Shown here piece after piece: positions 62,813 to 64,000 of a stretch of 64,000 bases of DNA. The stretch is from a virus. Taxonomy: Duplodnaviria > Caudoviricetes. The notes under the pieces were generated by a model. That model searched no databases. It worked only from the letters and a program-made list of their open reading frames with translations, and was not told where the DNA came from. How positions within the stretch are numbered: the stretch's first letter is position 1; every line of letters begins with the position of its first letter. Where the stretch lies: IMG/VR virus record IMGVR_UViG_3300042451_000960; one strand, given 5' to 3'. Position numbers and translations under genes: made by a program.

Positions 62813-63070
62813 TTATTTTTGAAACGTTACACTACCTTCATTCAGGTCTATTTCTCCATTTGGATATTTTTGATTCAAATCATTTAATAAAGTATCCAAT
62901 TCAACGGAAACTTGCTTATATTCAGTTTCCGCTCCCAATATGATTTTTTTAAGCTCTGATAATTCTAAATACAACTCCCCTATATTATATATAAGTTCGG
63001 TTTTTTTGGTTGAAAGGTTTTTTAAGTTAATTAGTTGATATTCTTCTAATTTTTCAGTTTGTAACTCCAT
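62813..63070 (-). CDS. Coiled-coil hypothetical protein (paralogue of 58614..59018)
   Basis: Heptad helix, then LNQKYPNGEIDLNEGSV. Confidence 0.75.
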   Translation of the reverse strand: MELQTEKLEEYQLINLKNLSTKKTELIYNIGELYLELSELKKIILGAETEYKQVSVELDTLLNDLNQKYPNGEIDLNEGSVTFQK

Positions 63071-63098
63071 ATGTTTTTATTTTAAATATATTTTAAAT

Positions 63099-64000
63099 TT
63101 ATAAAGAACCACTTATAAATGCTTCTAAACTAGAAACTTTTTGTGAAAGTTCTTGTATTGCTTTTACCATAGGTGATATAAATTCATTGTATGTAACAGA
63201 CCATCCAGCATTTTGTTGTTCTTCATCATACCATTGTTGATTGTAAAGAGTACCATCAGAACCTGTTATAGAACCACTTGCTATAATTTCTTCAATAGGT
63301 CTTTTATATTCTCTTTCTAATGATTTGATAAAAGAAGAACCCGTATTCAATCCTTTAAAATCATCAGATGTTTTTCCAAGCGATTCTAAAGCAGTTAATA
63401 CCTCTTGTGCAATAAATCCATATCTCGGTCTTTTTTTAGTACTTGATATGAAATTATATTTTACCGGTCTTAATTGTTTAATAAAATCCAAACCTAAATC
63501 GGAAGTGTAAATATTTTCTTTTAATTTTAAATCAGATAAATTATTAAAATTATCGGCATATATTTCATCCCAAAAAACTCCAGTACCCGAGTTACTACCC
63601 ATATCTTGAGTTCCATTATGTGGTCCACCAGCAGTTCCCCAGCGTGTATCGGCGGGGTGTACATCATCTATAAAATGCGCTTGATATATACTTCCGTATT
63701 TTGGTCTATACGCTAAATCCAATCTTCCATAGCCCGGACTTGCATCATTTCCAGAAATGAATATATTTCCTGCTAAATAAAGGCTTCCACGTGAATCTAT
63801 TGCATAGTTCGAAAATGCACCACCAGCGGCACCAAATGCCCAAAATTTAGATTGAGCTCCTTTTGCTTCAAAAATTATATCACTCGAACCAACTGATGTA
63901 GAAAGACGTGGAATTTGAACAAACGTTGATGTATCATTTGCTATCTGAATACCTCCAGTTGTAACTTCTACTATGTTTGTTGGTATTATAATAGTAAAAC
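63099..64000 (-). CDS. C-terminal part of a tail fibre/spike protein with peptidase-S74 intramolecular chaperone (5' end outside window)
   Basis: The frame stays open from the track's TTG at 63722 to the right edge. SDLKLKENI...LGLDFIKQLRPVKY...GFIAQEV...Y.E.I..MVKAIQEL motif. Confidence 0.88.
   Translation of the reverse strand, partial: FTIIIPTNIVEVTTGGIQIANDTSTFVQIPRLSTSVGSSDIIFEAKGAQSKFWAFGAAGGAFSNYAIDSRGSLYLAGNIFISGNDASPGYGRLDLAYRPKYGSIYQAHFIDDVHPADTRWGTAGGPHNGTQDMGSNSGTGVFWDEIYADNFNNLSDLKLKENIYTSDLGLDFIKQLRPVKYNFISSTKKRPRYGFIAQEVLTALESLGKTSDDFKGLNTGSSFIKSLEREYKRPIEEIIASGSITGSDGTLYNQQWYDEEQQNAGWSVTYNEFISPMVKAIQELSQKVSSLEAFISGSL

Noticed and set aside
62790-62815. TTGGA-AAT-TCCAA inverted repeat as a terminator
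   Set aside because: On the coding strand it is followed by an A-run, not a U-run, has a weak 5-bp stem and overlaps the -33 promoter element.
1-64000. Stop-codon reassignment, introns, inteins, tRNAs
   Set aside because: Genes up to 13.6 kb are open in the standard code and tile the window. Terminase, portal and capsid are normal length. No intergenic gap shows a cloverleaf.

Overview
This window is the virion-morphogenesis region of a large, AT-rich, T4-like (gp23-type capsid) tailed phage. Every credible gene is on the minus strand. Reading right to left: the end of a tail-fibre gene with a peptidase-S74 chaperone; a glycosylation cassette (GT4/methyltransferase/GT25 fusion, Aah/TibC-type protein O-heptosyltransferase, HldC-like heptose-1-P nucleotidyltransferase); a 782-aa multidomain nucleotidyltransferase; terminase, portal, prohead protease, scaffold, major capsid protein and neck/tail-completion genes. 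Then come three giant Ser/Gly-rich fibre genes: 3058 aa, 4539 aa, and a >4500-aa ORF that runs off the left edge and is missing from the ORF track. A TTTG-N20-TAnnTTTG promoter and the scarcity of Shine-Dalgarno sites suggest a Bacteroidota host. Three observations stand out. (1) The 3058-aa protein has 15 phycobiliprotein-like repeats, all keeping the C-x-R-D bilin-attachment motif. (2) A phage-encoded protein-heptosylation cassette sits beside virion proteins saturated with (S/T)-(G/A/S)-S motifs. (3) A putative protease-processed, capsid-packaged polyprotein carries HIGH-type and ligase-type nucleotidyltransferase domains. All family assignments come from motif recognition by eye; no database search was run. 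Sub-gene coordinates are approximate.
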